NCBI GenBank assembly: GCA_951406725.2 | Contig: OX597843.1 | Coordinates: 18,786,001 to 18,850,000 of the forward strand | Length of the DNA stretch: 64,000 nucleotides | From: Octopus vulgaris | Lineage: Eukaryota | Direction of reading: 5' to 3' | In this document: piece by piece, positions 43,434-64,000 of the stretch | Layout: each line of letters begins with the position of its first letter | Numbering within the stretch: the first letter of the stretch is position 1 | Position numbers and translations under genes: made by a program | Notes under the pieces: model-generated | What the model was told of the DNA's origin: nothing | The model's database searches: none | Seen by the model: only the letters and a program-made list of their open reading frames with translations

Positions 43434-43665
43434 TATGGAGAAAATATCATTTTATATTATATATGGGGAAAATATTATTTTATATCTTATGTGGAGAAAA
43501 TATCATTTTATATTATATATGGAGAAAATACTATTTTATATTATATATGGAGAAAATAAAATTTTATATTATATATGGAGAAAATATCATTTTATATTAT
43601 ATATGGAGAAAATATTATTTTATATCATATATGGAGAAAATATTATTTTATGGCATAATATATAA
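43434..43665. repeat. 28-bp minisatellite (ATGGAGAAAATATCATTTTATATTATAT), ~8 copies, plus 1-2 copies at ~42560-42610
   Basis: GG dinucleotide recurs at 43437, 43465, 43493 and onward. Confidence 0.9.
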
Positions 43666-43703
43666 TCAAAGACGATTCTTGGAGGTTCTTTTTGGATTTT
43701 CAC

Positions 43704-63178
<19,475 letters not shown>

Positions 63179-63419
63179 CTGTGAGAAAATCAAGAAAACG
63201 ACTTTCCGTTAACAATGTGTTTCGAATACGTAATTAGCTTTAGGTGTAATTACACTAATTATTTCGCTTAACAAATTTTTGCATGCTACTCTTGCTTCTA
63301 TTTCTTCTGTTGTTTCTAGGTTAGCATTGAAGCAGTAACTTTTATTATCTATGCCGCTCCAAATATGACCGCGGGATCTATTGCTATTACTTTTCTTCTT
63401 CTTCTTCTTCTTCTTCTTC

Positions 63420-63510
<91 letters not shown>

Positions 63511-63514
<4 letters not shown>

Positions 63515-63849
63515 TAGTCTTATTTTTATAGTGTGCTTTCACCTCACTACCGAGCGCTTCTCTGTGTGCCTTGGGTATGTGCTGTGGTTTGTTGTGATGC
63601 TCTGATGGTTACTTTATTCAAAGTGTTTTACGTAGGATGTGTGCAGGGCCTAGTAGTACTATTTTCTGTAAGTATTGTATATTTGGTTTTGGTATGTATT
63701 TGTCTGAATATTTTTTATCATACCTAATGCGCCTACTATGATAGGAATTGTTTCTGTTTTTAGATTCCACGTTCGAGTTACCTCTATTTCCAGGTCTTTG
63801 TATTTTGAAAGTTTCTCCGTTTCTTTTAGAGACCCGTTGTCATCTACTG

Positions 63850-63850
<1 letters not shown>
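63511..63850 (-). mobile_element. 5'-truncated R4/Dong 3' end embedded in (TAA)n
   Basis: EKLSKYKDLEIEVTRTWNLKTETIPIIVGALGMIK..LQKIVLLGPAHILRKTL; TTA/TAA arrays at 63420-63510 and 63851-64000. Confidence 0.88.
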
Positions 63851-63908
<58 letters not shown>

Positions 63909-63929
63909 TATTATTATTATTTATTATTA

Positions 63930-63974
<45 letters not shown>

Positions 63975-64000
63975 TATTATTATTATTATTATTATTATTA

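Noticed and set aside
43434-43665. Regular 28-bp repeats superficially like a CRISPR array
   Set aside because: Head-to-tail units with no unique spacers, no cas genes and a eukaryotic context: a minisatellite.

Overview
Eukaryotic, AT-rich, microsatellite-dense genomic DNA. The SINE families and gene type suggest a coleoid cephalopod such as Octopus (inference). The only host gene is a spliced minus-strand adhesion GPCR: 10 exons traced with GT-AG boundaries from 63178 down to a stop at 43704, with its 5' end beyond the window. It has a non-canonical GPS (CDRL|KSFAVLM), a 1-nt frameshift in one exon and a C-terminal PDZ-type motif. Downstream lie decayed exons of a Ly6/three-finger-like paralog. 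The rest is transposon-derived: Penelope-like elements (PLEs), a tandem pair of Tx1/L1-clade LINEs in (GATA)n, R4/Dong LINEs next to (TAA)n, RTE, CR1-like, Tc1, mariner, a pogo-like MITE, Helitron pieces and several tRNA-derived SINE families. The main hidden signal is non-coding: at least eight minimal type I hammerhead-ribozyme motifs (intact to decayed, about six sequence families) with short palindromic stem III. They occur in PLE terminal repeats, a tandem retrozyme-like unit and a 1.47-kb palindrome. All calls were made by eye; no searches or folding were run.
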